A DNA stretch of 64,000 bases from Eledone cirrhosa (Eukaryota), in the NCBI GenBank assembly GCA_964016885.1, contig OZ024742.1, forward strand, positions 127,658,001 to 127,722,000, in the 5' to 3' direction. Made by a program: the position numbers and the translations under genes. The notes below the pieces were generated by a model, which was not told the origin of the DNA, searched no databases, and saw only the letters and a list, made by a program, of their open reading frames with translations. Shown here piece after piece: positions 36,935 through 50,630 of the stretch (positions are counted from its first letter, which is position 1; each line of letters starts with the position of its first letter).

Positions 36935-37875
36935 GCTGTCTAATCAATTAGTCTTATACATATGTTGACAAATTGTTTTCTTGGATTTGGTTATTTAGTA
37001 TCGTCAGAATAAACAGATAAATCAAGAACAATTAACAATGATTGGCCATTGTGAGCTGTGTATAGGTATAGGTGTGGATAAATATATGTATATTGAAATA
37101 TTCTCATAAGGTTAAAATGTTTACACACACAAGCACATAAATGCATACGTTGAAGAACAAAGAAAGGAAAAGGAATGATCAGTGTCATGTACATACATGA
37201 TTTATCTGCGTGTACATACATATATGCGTATGAGTGTATCCATGCAGATGATATGATGGTTTTCACGAAAAACTGCATATTTTATTGTGATATAGATTCA
37301 AATTGTTTTATGCTGTTTCCTTCTTATATTTTAACTTCTTTTGAAATAGAAAAATATCGATGGGTTTACACATTTCTTTATCATTGTGTCACAAAATTCT
37401 TTAGTAGATTGTATTGAAAAACAAACAAACAAAAAAAAAACCCCCTTTTCATTTGATTAGAAATAATGTAAATATATAAATTGACCCCCTCCTCCGCCAC
37501 ACAAGCTTTAATCAAGCAATCTCCTTATAATATATAACCAGCAATTTCTCTGTCTGTCTGTCCGACAGTGAAAACACGTGCGCGCGTGCGAATGTTTTTT
37601 TGCGCACGCGTACAGAGAGAGTGAAAGAAAGACTACGAGAGGGGGATAGCGGGAGGGAGAGAGGGAGAGTGAATAGACGCTAAAACACGTGCGCGCGTGC
37701 GAATGTTTTTTGCGCACGTGTAGGGAGAGAGTGAAAGAAAGAGACAGACAAGAAGGGGAGAGGGGGGAATTGAGGAGTGCTACAGAAACATATATACATT
37801 TCTGTGTGTGTGTGTAATATATATATATACACACACAAATATATATACATTTCTGTGTGTGTAATATATATATAT

Positions 37876-37913
37876 ACTAGCAGAAAACCGCCCACGGGTG
37901 GTTTTCTGCTAGT
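37876..37913. repeat. Palindrome of Helitron 3'-end type sequence abutting a Helitron 5' end
   Basis: actagcagaaaaccgcccacgggtggttttctgctagt, followed directly by TCtatatatataaaactgaggttgtctgtctgtct. Confidence 0.8.
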
Positions 37914-38643
37914 CTATATATATAAAACTGAGGTTGTCTGTCTGTCTACTAAAACGGTCGGCACACATCTCCTCTTAAACCGTACGAAATTGCTACACTT
38001 ATAGTTAAGGTCCGGCGGAGACATCGGTCGAAAATGTTTTCAAATCGACCCACGTCAAGTGCAAAACTCGAATTTGTAATGTATTAATTTTTCAGTTCAA
38101 ATGTATAAATAGAGATGAGAGACGAGTTATTTCCCTTTTATGGAGTCATTTGTTTATCGAACAAACTACGCGTACAAAAATACACGAACAGTTTTCGGGC
38201 CAGCAAAATTTTAACCTGCAAAATTCATGAGTTCGAAGTTTCAACATTAAGTTTTCATTTTGCTTCATTTCTATTAAAAAGTCTTTTAAAACAATATTTC
38301 AGCGCATCAGCCTTGCCATCACCCGAGGCAACGCTGCGAGTGCTGGCTTGCCTCAAAATTAGAAAGGTTGCCCAGTACTCGCACGTTGCTGTCTTTTGCT
38401 CTGGTGTTGGCTCCTTTGTTCACCCCTTCCTTTGAATTTTCTTTAATATTGTAGCATTGAAGGAATATATCTTACATTGTATCATCCTTTGTAGTGTTAC
38501 CGAGGCATTTGTCATGTTATTTATGTATATATTTAAAATATATTTGTTATGTTATTCTACTGTAAATTTATTTATATGCTCTGTTTATACCCTAAAAATC
38601 TATGAAACTACATACATGTTGCAACTCTCTCTCTCTATATATA

Positions 38644-38736
<93 letters not shown>

Positions 38737-38749
38737 ACACACACATATA

Positions 38750-39300
38750 CATCTAAAGAGAGAAAGGGAGATGTAGAGAGAGGTAGAGAGAGAGTGATTG
38801 AGATAGGTCGTTATACAGAGAGAGGTACAAGATAATCAGATAGAGAGACAGAGAGAGAGAGAATGGCGACGAACGCTGGTTCACACACACACAAACACAT
38901 ATATATATAAAGAGAGAGATATCTGCGCGTTCTTTATTGTTCTCCATTCTGTAGGAGGAGGAAGCGAGAGAGAGAGAGAAAGAGAGAGAGGGGGTTGAGA
39001 AAGAAAGAAAGTTTAAGCAAACAATCGCTGCTTTCAACATTAACGGGATCTTAAACTAATAAATTCTATCTGTGGACGCAGAATTAAATATTTCGAGAAA
39101 CGTTGCAACCGAAGGAAAACGAGAAAACGATATTTTGGTTCGTGAAGCGGAAAAAAGGCAGGACAATACGCCGTTATGTGGATCGAAAAGAACAATTTCA
39201 TGCAAAGACAAGACCAAGTTTATGGTGTAAATGAAGTCGTTAGACTAATATTCTATTTAAAAATTTAAAATAACCGAATGTTTTCCAGCCCCGGAGTTTA
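38750..39300 (+). promoter_or_regulatory. Candidate promoter/first exon of the KLHL gene
   Basis: Non-repetitive, CpG-retaining segment with GA tracts and a YY1-like aATGGCG, ~4 kb upstream of the BTB exon. Confidence 0.4.
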
Positions 39301-39559
39301 AGAATGATGTAAATAAAATTGTAAACGAAAATGACAGAGGTTATTAAAATAGTTGTTTCTACTGTTGACACAAGGCCAGCAATAACCCAGTAATGTACTG
39401 GTACTTTATTTTATCGACCCCGTAAGGATGAAAAGCAAAGTTAACCTCGACGGGATTTTAACTTTGCCTTAACATAGTAAAAGTAAATAGTGAAGATTTA
39501 GGCCAGTACATACGTATGCGCCGACGGACATGCACACACAAATACACACGCAGACGCGT

Positions 39560-40001
39560 GTGTGTGTGTGTAAACCTTATGCATTTCTACAATATTTTCA
39601 CCAAACTTAAGACATAGGTTACTTATGTACTCCGGATGGTAATGGGCACTTTCATTTTTCCAGATATTGATTATAGGGCCTCCCAGTAGATAACCCCCTT
39701 TAACCACTTCCTTGGAGTCGACTGAAGCACTGCAGTGCAATGCAACAAAACGTCATAACTTCGGGAGTTCGCAACCGATTTTCACAAAACTTGACACATG
39801 GACTACGTTTGTTCTACAGATGAATGTGAACTCTCAGAATTGGCACATATTGACTAGGGAACCCTGGGAGCAGGAACCCCCTTTTGGAAAAAGCCGATGA
39901 TTTTCTAAAAGTATAGTTTTCCCAGCAGCACTGAAGTATTGACATAAATGGTATACATAACTGGTATTTAATACCCGAGCAACGCCGGGTACCTCTGCTA
40001 G
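39560..40001 (+). mobile_element. Non-autonomous Helitron, 3' portion
   Basis: Hairpin cccgagcaacgccggg then tacctctgCTAG|T, as at 8185; internal ccgattttcacaaaacttg motif. Confidence 0.75.
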
Positions 40002-40701
40002 TTCATAAATAAAGTGGATCTCTTAATCTGTATACTCTTCGTTAACAGCAGAGAACAAACAAAAATATCATCTGCGTTCAACGTATTTTATTTATCAATA
40101 ACTTACTTCGCATTTTTTTAAAATAATTTCTTTATGCTAATTTATTTAATAGAATAGTGATGTGCAGAATTCTTAAATTTATTTTTTAATATTGATGATG
40201 AAAGCTTCAGAGAGAATCTTCGTATAAAATCCCTATCCGAATTTTGATAATCAAATAAATAAATAGGAAGGAATATATAAAGACTCCTACTAGGTCGGTA
40301 TAATAGTAGTCACCTATCGTTCTCACAGCAAAGCAATACGAAATAGAGAAGAGAGCGAATACAAGTTCTTTGGTACCGGGCACAAAGACAGCAGCTTTGA
40401 GAATTATTGATACAAGCTGCTATCGTTCAAATATGAATTATTGTAAAAATATATAAATAAATGTGCTACAGTAGTTTACCTAGAAAACTGCCTGTTATGT
40501 TTTAGTTTACTTGTACTGCTGATGTTCGGAAAAAGCATGAATGTTTACGTTCCCATAACTTCTCCCTACTTCCACCCGTATTTCACTGAAACTGATGATT
40601 GCTCATTGACAGATTCATTGGATCACAAAGGATATCAAATTGACTCGTTATCGTAGTTTTGCTTGGGATAAATAACGTTATATATTTACTTCAAGGCAGT
40701 G

Positions 40702-40733
<32 letters not shown>

Positions 40734-42137
40734 AATATAAAACATCGATATTCATTAGTTCTATTGATTTCATAGGAATTACGACAACTATGTCCTTTCC
40801 ATTGGTGTTAGCGACGCAAATGAAGTGAATAAGCACAGCTGTTACTACTAATCATCATTTTACGCCCACTCCCCTTGCTGGCATGCATTGGACGGGTCGT
40901 CATGGGCCAAGTCAGTTCTTATACGGAGTTACTTCCCCTAGATTCGTCAGAGCACCATGTACGTTCCATTTTTGACATGGTTTCTTCAACTGGATGCCGT
41001 TTCTAACACCAACCACTTTATAGAAAGCGATTTATCACGATACCAACACTAAAGAGGTTGTCATGTCTTCTGCCGTATTAAAGGGTCTTCTTGCCCCTAC
41101 GTTTTATTCGCTTTACAGAGTGAACTGGGTGCATTTTAATTAAGGCTCCAGCACTGTCTTGGAAGGTTAAAATGCCCTCACTACTTTACAATGTCTCCAT
41201 TCGTTTAAGTCGTGACGGAAACGGTGAATAGAACCAGCGTACGTGAGAAACAGTGATGGTAGATACATGCTGGCTAATGAAAGATTGTTGGATGTCAATA
41301 AAAATTGGCCAGGATAGTAGGAACGATGGCTAGCAGTGGGGCGTATCAAATATGGACAAATATGGAGAGAGAGAAGTAAGGATGGTGGCAGGGGCACACT
41401 GCATCTGAACAAATGTAATGTCACCCCTCAGAGCCACTGTCATTCCTAGTTACATGGTACAGCGAATATGGGTGAGAGTAAATTCTAGAGTTAAGAGGCT
41501 AGCAAAGACAGCTGATGAAAGCCAGGACATATTAGGTGATATAACTAAGCACTGATATTGTGTCTCTCAGCCTACATCACTACAATCATTTTAATGTTCA
41601 TTTTGTAATGTTTGCATGATGCCAGTCATTGCAATCCTTTGTTGTCTCCTGTAATCATTCTTCAACACTTTCATCCATGTTTCTTTTCCAGTTTCCATCC
41701 ACTTTCAGTACTCAGCATAACCTTTTCTCTTGCACATTACATCTGATTACTCCTTTGTCTGATGGTTCTCTCAGCCCATTTGTGCTTCGTTGATCATATA
41801 CACTAGTATTACATACCCAGCTGAGTGGTTTTTATAAATCCTCTGCATTCAAGGCCCACATCTCGCTATGATACAGCATCACACTTTGTACATAAGTATC
41901 ATACAATCTGTCCTTTACTCAGAGAGAAACCAACTCCCTGGACTTTTCTACTCCATCCTTACTCCACTACTAATTAGATTACCTGTTTAATAAAAGCTAT
42001 CAACTACTTCTACTTATTCAAATTAAGAGAAACCATTTTACAAATGTTGCTATATTCTGTTCAAATCTTGCTAGGGTCGACTGTCTTTCACTTTTTCATG
42101 GTCAATGAAGAAATAATACCAGCCTTAGATCAATTAA

Positions 42138-42368
42138 CCCTTTCATTACCATATTTCTAATGAAATGCATTGCCTGTGTCAATTAATTTTGAAAATAACC
42201 AAAGATTTGGAGGATTAAATTAAATTTTTTTTTCATTAGTAAGCTGATATTTAGGAATTACTTAACAGAAATTTCAAAATTACAATCATGATGACAGGTT
42301 TTGATATAAGGATAAACATTTTTAAATGAGCAGTCTTGTATCATAAATCCAAGGTGGTATCAAAAGGG
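42138..42368. mobile_element. piggyBac-type MITE, second family
   Basis: TTAA-ccctttcattacc ... ggtatcaaaaggg-TTAA. Confidence 0.75.
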
Positions 42369-42593
42369 TTAAATTGTTTATACACTTCTACTTGATCTAT
42401 AAACTCATCATTATAGGGTATGGCAGAATATGTAGAGCATCAGACAAAAAGCTTTGCAATATTTAATTACATCCCTTGTACAGTATGAATTCAAATTTTG
42501 TTGTGGTCACCTTTGCCTTTAATCCAGCTGAGGTTGATAAAATAAAGTAGTGGTGTTAATCAAAATTTATCACTTTGTACCAGTATCATTTAA

Positions 42594-42801
42594 CCCTTTA
42601 TCATTTACATTACTCTATATTTACTATTATATTTTTATGGTAAAGGCTTTACCTCACATAATATTGAATCTATAAGATTTTGATGATATTTATTTTGAGA
42701 ACAATAACTTAACATCAATATTAGTGGCCAGTTACAGCCAGTTTGAACAGAAAGAAGTGAGAGAATTCTGACCAGAAACAGCCAGTTTAAATGCTAAAAG
42801 G
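42594..42801. mobile_element. piggyBac-type MITE
   Basis: TTAA-ccctttatcattt ... aaatgctaaaagg-TTAA; reverse-oriented homolog of 45889-46109. Confidence 0.85.
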
Positions 42802-43314
42802 TTAATTAGTTGTAACTCACAGCCCTGTAAAACAACCAGATAGAATTACTTTTTGCTTTTACTTAATCTTTCATCATCATTACCATTTAACACCCGTTTT
42901 TCCACACTAGCATGGGTTTGATGCATTGTTCCATTGTGAGACAAGCCAGGTCAGAACTGATTTGGGCTTGGTTTCTACTGCTGGATTCTCATCCTAATGT
43001 CAACCATATTTACAGCATGTACTGAGTGCTTTTAGTCCTGAAACCTACACGGCCATTTTACAATGTGGGCTGGGTGCTTTTTGTCATGTCACCTACACTT
43101 TACAGTGTGGGATGGGTGCTTTTAGTTGCGGCACCAAAACTACCACTTCACAGAGTGGGCTAGGGACTTGGTTGAGGAGGCGTGTTAGGGCATGGGTTAG
43201 ATGAAGTATCATGTTATGAGACAAGTTAGGTGACCACATGTTGGTTACATACACACACACACACACGCTCACACAAATATAAATTATTCTATTATTTATT
43301 TCTTCTATTTACAG

Positions 43315-43701
43315 GATGTCAGGCCAAATGAACCAAAGGAACAATGCCGAAGGTCTGAATTTGATAGTTTAATTCCTATGATTGACATGCAGTCAGAATG
43401 TCATGGTAGCAAGTTGATGAAAGGATATCAAAAGTTACGAGACGACGAGCATTTATTTGATTATACAATATATGTTGAAAATGAAAGCATATCTGTTCAC
43501 AAAACTTTGCTGGCTGCAAGTAGTGACTATTTTCATGCCATGTTGACTGGAAGTATGAAAGAAAGCCGTGAAGATTCAGTCACATTACGTGGTCTTACAG
43601 CCATAGGAGTTCAGGCCATCATCAACTTTGCATATACTGGCTTGTTAGAAATAACAAGTGATAACATTGATGACATTCTTTTAGCTGCTAGCCATCTTCA
43701 G
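43315..43701 (+). CDS. Kelch-like (KLHL) protein, BTB-domain exon
   Basis: Acceptor tttcttctatttacAG at 43314; LFDYTIYV...VHKTLLAASSDYFHAMLTGSMKES...FAYTG...AASHLQ; donor GTaaag at 43702, phase 0. Confidence 0.93.
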
Positions 43702-44849
43702 GTAAAGCTTTTTTTCTTCTTTCATTTGTCTTATTTTATTTATTTATTTTGTCATCCTTGAGAGTAACAGACAGTTAAATTGATAATGTTTTAGACTATT
43801 AACTGAAAGGACTATGGTTCATGTCCAGTCACCACTACTATGTTGGGTCCATAAAAAAGGTCAATTAAGTTTAAAACAATCTGATTGACCTAGCGTTGTT
43901 GAATGAAGTAGGTGTTGTGAAAGGATAAATCACTCCACTATAATCAACAGGAACACTGCATAATTAATGATTGTTTTATTAAGCTTGCAATGCCAAGTTG
44001 AATTCACACTATCTGAAGAGATGGCATCCACTGTCTTGATTTAGATACCGATACTGCATAAAATATTGTGTTATAGAACTAATTCTTCACCCACTTATTC
44101 CTAAGAGGGTTGTGGGGGCAGGGTCCTCAATCTGGCTGGATCCCCAAGCGAGCTCATGGATGTTATCCAACCATCTTGCTCAAGGTCTACCCCTGGGCCT
44201 CCTGCCAGTTAATTTTGCCCATAAAATCTATAGGACTAAACATTTTTATTTGTGTGTGTACATATAGCATGACAAAAAGATCAAAACAAGCTATAAGTCA
44301 ATTTTTATCCTTACCTGTAGCAATTTATCTCTGCCCTTGAGGAAAGCATGATATACATTATACAGTGTATGTGTGTCATCATCCTCATTTTCCCTGCTAG
44401 CAGGGGTTGGATAGATATTCAGAGAAGTCAATACTCGAGACCACTGACCCATTTTACTTACATATGTTCCTGCACTACAGAGTGAGAAATACCGTACAAA
44501 CATAGCATCAACTTTAGAGGCTGTCATGTCTTTGACACAACTGAAGAATCCTCTCTATCTGTGATAACATTTATAGCTATGGCATTTGATTCGTGTTAAT
44601 CACTTAGCCACTATCCTATCAAGGCTTTACTTTTAACATCCTCTAATGCGATTTAGCATAAAATATCTAAAAAAAATGGGTTTGATAATTCAAATGTTTA
44701 TATCTTTAAAAGTTGGTAGATTGTGAAAATATGCAATATTAGAGTAAAGACTTTAATGTTTAATGTGATGCAATCTTAATGTTATTTTGTACTTTTCAAC
44801 GTGATTTCATAATGTACATGATGTTAAGAGTTACTGTCTAATATTTTCA

Positions 44850-47005
44850 AGGCTAAGAGACAGGCATGGAAAGAAGGGGGGAAGCAGGGTACATTACATA
44901 GAGACCAGGAGGGAAGTTAGGGAACAAGTATACTTAGCTAGAAGGGAAGCGGAGGATAGAAAATTCAAGCATGTTTTGCAGCATGAGGACCAGAAACAGG
45001 AGGTGTTCAAGATTGCGAGGCAGTGTGTTAGAGAGAATTATGATGTCATTGGAGAAGTGTGTCCGGAATGATAAAGGTGAGCTTGCCCTCACAAATGCTG
45101 AGAAGAACGATGCATGGAAGAGCCATTATGAAAGATTACTAAATGAGGAGAATGCATGGGAGAAAGAGGAATGAGAGACTACCCCAAGTGGACCCTATAG
45201 AGGGGCCAGCAGTACAAGTCAGCAGCAGCATAGTAAGTAAAGCAATTAAAATATGAAGACTGAGAAGGCAACCGGTCTATCGGGTTTAGCTGCCGAGATG
45301 CTGAAAGCATCTGGGTCGGTAGGTCACACCATAACCACACGTATTGTTAACCAGGTAATACTAGAGGATGTTATACCAAAGGATTGGTGCAGCAGCATCA
45401 TTGTCAACTTCTACAAGGGTAAAAGATATATACTAGATAGAGGAAACAATAGAAGTATAAAGCTGATGGACCGGGTCATGAAAGTAACGGAAAGAGTTAT
45501 AGCACAGTTGATTAGGGACTGGGTAAATTTAGATGAGATGCAATTTGGGTTTGTGCCAGGAAAAGGCACCACTGATGCCCTCTTCCTTGTGAGGCAGTTA
45601 CAGGAAAAGTACCTAGCTAAAAATAAGCCACTATCTGGCATTTGTCGATCTGGAAAAAGCCTTCAACAGAGTGCTCCGTGCTATAATCTGGTGGGCTATT
45701 AGAAAACTAGGAGTAGATGAATGACTTGTGAAAGCTGTACAAGCCATGTATAGGGAAGCAGTCAGCAAAGTTAGGGTTAGCAATGGCTATAGCGAGGAAT
45801 TTAGCAAACAGGTCGGTGTCCACCAGGGCTCTGTTCTTAGCCCTCTCCTGTTCATTATAGTATTGGAGGCAATAACAGAGGAGTTTAACCCTTTAGCATT
45901 TAAACCGGCCATATCTGGCCAGAATTCTCTCACCTCTTTCTATGTAAACCGGCTGTAATTGACTGTTCATACTTATGTTAAGGTTGTGTTCTCAAAATAA
46001 ATAATATCAAAATCTCATAGATTTGATACTATGTGAGATAATTATGTGAGGTAAAGCCTTTACTGCGAAAATACAATAGTATATATAGAATAATGTAAAT
46101 GCTAAAGGGTTAAGACCGGATGCCCATCAGAACTCCTATATGCAGATGATCTCACACTTATAAGTAAACAGAACCCAGATCCCCTCAGGGAAATGGCCCT
46201 ACTCAGTATGTAGGAAAGGTGTAGGTAGGGACTCCATCTTCTGCCCCAAATACAAACAATGGGTACACAAGAGATGTAGTGGGATCTCAGGAAGCTTAGC
46301 TAAGAATGTAGGCTTTACATGTAGCAGCTGCGCCGGGACAGCAAGCAGCAAACGGCCACAGGAAACAAGCACCACCAAACTCTGGGAGGGGTTTGTAGAA
46401 ACAGTAGACAGTTTTTGCTACCTAGGTGACCAAATTAACAGTGGAGGTGGGTGTTCGGAAAGTACAGTAACCAGGGTAAGAACGGGGTGGAAGAAGTTCA
46501 GGTAGCTACTGCCACTGCTAGCTGCAAAAGGCTTTTCCCTCAATATGAAAGGCAGACTGTATGATGCATGCATACAAACAACATGGTAGTGAGACCTGAG
46601 CATTGTGTGTAGAAAACTTGCACAGATTAGAAAGAAATGAAGCTTTCATGCTCCGATGGATGTGTAATAGTAATTTACGCGAATGGCAAAGCATAAACGA
46701 ATTGAGAGAGAGACTGAACATAAGAAGTATCAAATGCTGTGTGCAGGAGAGGAGATTGTGTTGGTATAGACATGTGATGCATATGAAGGATGACAGCTGC
46801 ATAAAAAGGTGCAGAGCACTAGAAGTCAATGGAAGTCGTGGAATGGGGAGACCCAAGAAAACCTGGATTGAGGTGATTAAAGCCGACCGTACCCAATTGC
46901 ACCCCTCAAAGGCAAAGGCCGTGACCTCTTGCGTCACGCAGTAATACAGAAAACCTGACTTCCCATGGGTACAAGCCGAAGCTGAAGCATATAGACAATA
47001 TAGAC
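44850..47005 (+). mobile_element. Degraded RTE LINE in the KLHL intron, interrupted by a piggyBac MITE
   Basis: ORFs 45253-45702, 45728-45958 and 46603-46944 match the RTE family. Confidence 0.92.
45889..46109. mobile_element. piggyBac-type MITE (221 bp) with TTAA TSD
   Basis: TIR ccctttagcattta / taaatgctaaaggg; the empty site gagtTTAAgacc is present in the RTE copy near 33940. Confidence 0.93.
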
Positions 47006-47021
47006 ATTTTACAACCAACTG

Positions 47022-47125
47022 ACCTTCATAGTATTAAACACTCAACCATAAAGTAGAAATAAAACCCGTTTACCTTCATAGTGTTAAACACTCAACCATA
47101 AAGTAGAAATAAAACCTGTTTACCT
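47022..47125. repeat. 50 bp tandem duplication
   Basis: accttcatagtRttaaacactcaaccataaagtagaaataaaaccYgttt occurs twice. Confidence 0.9.
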
Positions 47126-48339
47126 GCTAGGTAGTTTGAAACAAGCAAGGATTATGGGCCTAGTCCATAAGAAAAATAATGACAATCATTTTATGACTGT
47201 GTTTACCATTGGCATGGGTTGGATGGGTACAGGTAATTTCTTATTCAGAGTTACTATGCTCCGAGATTGGTTAAGGAAGAACATTTTTATGTTCTATTGA
47301 TTAGTATTGTTTCTAAACCTGGATGCCCCTCCTAACACCAACTATTTTACAGGGTGTACAAGGTGCATTTCATCAGAGCACCAATACAAATGTGGTTATC
47401 ATATTCTTAGACTTAACATAAAAGTGCTCACATGTAACTGCTGACATAACCCACACACACACCTAATAGCCAACTTTAAAGACAATTACAACTATACATA
47501 CAACATTCGATATATACATGCATACACAAGTTGAAACATAATCTGGAATAGCTAAACTATCCAATCTATTGTAATTTGACATTTGCATAAAAAATTTGAA
47601 GTGAAAACAAACAAAAGCACAACTTTTAACAGAAATATGCCCACACACCATTATACATGTCAGTTCACAGACAACATCACTTCCAGCAGATTACAAACAA
47701 AGGAAGAAAAATAGTGAACTGATAACAACAACAATACACAAACCCCGACCTAGTTTCTTATAGTCTTTGGGTTTTAGACTCAAAATATTACGACAAGTAA
47801 ATAAAACAACAGGTAATGCACCAACATTCAATTTATTCTGAAATCTACCATCCATCATGCATTGTCGTAGCCTTCAAATAACACTGCTTTATAAGCAAAC
47901 CACAACACATCATCACTGTTTAACATCCATTTTTCCACGCTAGCATGGGTTAGACGAATTGTCCTATTGTGAGCAATGCCAGGTCAGGTGACTGTCTCGC
48001 TCATACAGAACTAATTTTGGCTTGGTTTCTACACCAACCACACACACATTAACACTGGCCTCTAAATCATTTTTCACTACTATACATAGCTTTTGATTTT
48101 CAAACCTTTTCCATGCAAATCCAGGAATATCCATCATATTTTAGTCACAAATTCATGTATATATAATTTTCATATGATAGTCACTCAACTGATTCACCAT
48201 GCTGCTCCCGCTCTATTTACCTACCCTGCTGCTGTCTCTCTCTCATTCTCCCTGTTTAATTCCATAGCGTGTTGAAATCACTAGATTTCCGCTGACTTCG
48301 TTCTTGTTGGATTATTCATTATGGGTCCACTTAACACCT

Positions 48340-48773
48340 GCCTCTAAATAAATTTTCACTGCCATGCATAGCCAGATATATCCATCATACTTTAGTCACA
48401 AATTCATGTCTGTACATTTTTCATACAATAATCATCTATCTCACAATTTACCTCCCACCCATCCCCACACACCAATCACACCGCAGCAACACAAATATAT
48501 CTTCACCCATTACTCATTGCAAAAACTACTGCTATTATATTTCCTATCCTTAGAGAATTTTTGTTTATCATTGCCTATGGATGAAATGATGGAACAACCC
48601 TGAATAAATATGAACCCACATGTTCCCAGGTGACCATGTGAATCTTCTTAAATTCAGATACAGAAAGCACACAATCCCCCCCCCCCCCCCCTCCACGGCA
48701 TTGTTCACAACAGAACAACTCGTCTAACCCATGCTAGCATGGGAAAATGGATGCTAAATGTTGATAGTGATGA
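48340..48773 (+). mobile_element. RTE 5'UTR-like segment joined to an RTE 3' tail
   Basis: 48430-48690 resembles 32065-32350; 48695-48773 matches the 35095-35170 tail. Confidence 0.6.
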
Positions 48774-49049
48774 TATACGAGCAGTCTCCTAGCCTTTGCC
48801 ATGGTCTGTACTATGCTTAAATCTATAAGGCATCTATCATAATGCCCATTTTCCTTGAAATAAAATATGTTAAAAGGTATTTAAATATTGCATAACGTAA
48901 CTTTAAAAATTTTAGAATATCTAAATATGGAAAGTAATAAAGAAAATAATTGAAAAATGTATTTTATGAAAATGATAAAGCATTTACAGAACTTCAGTAA
49001 ATATGTTTTTTAACTTTGTTCTTTTGAGCATATATAAACAGTTTGTTGT

Positions 49050-49700
49050 GGCTTCCTAGTCTGAAATAACCTACATACAATTGACCATGTGTAGGAACAG
49101 CCCTCTTCTTGATGGAGACCAACAACCTGTAGTGTTTAACCATGGGACTTGTTAATGGTCATTGCCAATTGACTCTCACTGGGAATTGCAAATAAAAAGG
49201 GACATCAGTTGGTATTAGCGGTATCCAAGGTATCAATACGATGTCTCTTTTACCACATCCAGTGAAGATCTTGGCTTCGATAATGTGAGGCTATAGCTCT
49301 GTCGCAACCATACACGTCCCATTGCACAATCTTGGCTGCTGAGAAGCATGGTGACTGTGCTATCTACAATTCAAGGTTGTGTGGCAGCATACCAGATGGT
49401 CCAATACTGTTGAGAAATTCAACAGGATAATGAACAGCTTCATCCTCCTCGACAAATTTGTTGATAGATTTATAGATATGGCTACCTCCAGAGATCACTT
49501 GTGAGAGATTTTTATTGATGACATTCACTGTGATGTTTTGGGGGACAAGGATTGCTCTTTCACACAGTCACTCTTTGTTGGAATGGTGGATTTCGAAATT
49601 GAGGAACACTTGATTAATTAAGTTTACAATGCTTTCCACAACAGTAGAAAATGATGAAAGATCAAAACATCCTTCTGTATCAAAGGATTGCTTTTCTAAA
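49050..49700 (-). pseudogene. Helitron RepHel PIF1-type helicase remnant
   Basis: My manual translation: ERAIL, YPVEFLNSIGPSGMLPHNL, PRLCNGT, LIPWIPLIPTDVPF, QFPVR, MTINKSHG.TLQVVG, HGQLYV. Confidence 0.88.
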
Positions 49701-50229
49701 AATTTAAACAGCTGAGAGGTGCTTATCTGTAACTCGAGGGTACCACTCCCTGCTTCCGTTTTCTTACTGAAGAAATCTCTGAGACCCCACCCCCAATTCC
49801 ATTTTCAGAAAACAAGGTGATTGTGGGCATGTCTGAGATCATTTTAGTTGAAACATGAAAAAAAAAAAAACCTGGGAAAAGAATTCATGATCCCCAGCGG
49901 GTGCTTTTCTATAAATTTAAACAACCGAGGTGTTTACCTGTAACTCCAAGCGTCCAACTTACTTCCCACCTGTTTTCAGAAAAAGTAGTTGTTGGCAAGT
50001 GAGTTGGATGTCAGATCAGCCAAAAACAAACAAAATATATATACACACACATCCCAAGATACATCATTTTACGTCCGCTTTTTCCCTGCTTCCAAGGGTG
50101 GGACGGGAACTGATTCTGGCTGGATTTCTACAGCTGGATGCCCTTCCTAACACCAACCTCATTTACAGTGAGTGCTGGGTGCTTTTTTGCCGTGGCACCT
50201 CCACGACCACTTTGCAGTTGAATGATAGG

Positions 50230-50390
50230 AACCTCAGTCCCTATCATCTCATTTCTACAGCTGAGTAAACTGGAGCAATGTGAAATAAAGTGTTTTGCTC
50301 AAGGAAACAACACATCACCCGGTCTGAGAATTGAACTCACAACCTTTCGATTGCATGGCCAATGCTCTAACCACTGAGCCATGTGCCTCC
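50230..50390 (-). mobile_element. tRNA-derived SINE (second family)
   Basis: ggaggcacatggctcagtggttagagc...gagttcaattctc...ccttgagcaaaacacttt. Confidence 0.8.
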
Positions 50391-50630
50391 ATCACTATCT
50401 CCATTCTAACTACAAATGCTGTAATAATAAAATCTTTATAATTCAATTTTTCTTTTCTCATTCATATCACTGCAGATCAATATCATATCTAGTCATCTTA
50501 TCTTGCTTAATGTTAGCACCATTGTGTTGCATGTCAGAGTCACAATTACAGAAATAATGAGGCAAACAGAATCTCTGTATACATTCTCTAATGTGTTGGT
50601 TTGGATATGTTAACTAGAAATTAAATATTG

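Noticed and set aside
38457-38835. ORFs rich in YI/HT/CV repeats (also near 23.6-23.9, 25.3 and 37.5-38 kb)
   Set aside because: They are translations of microsatellites.
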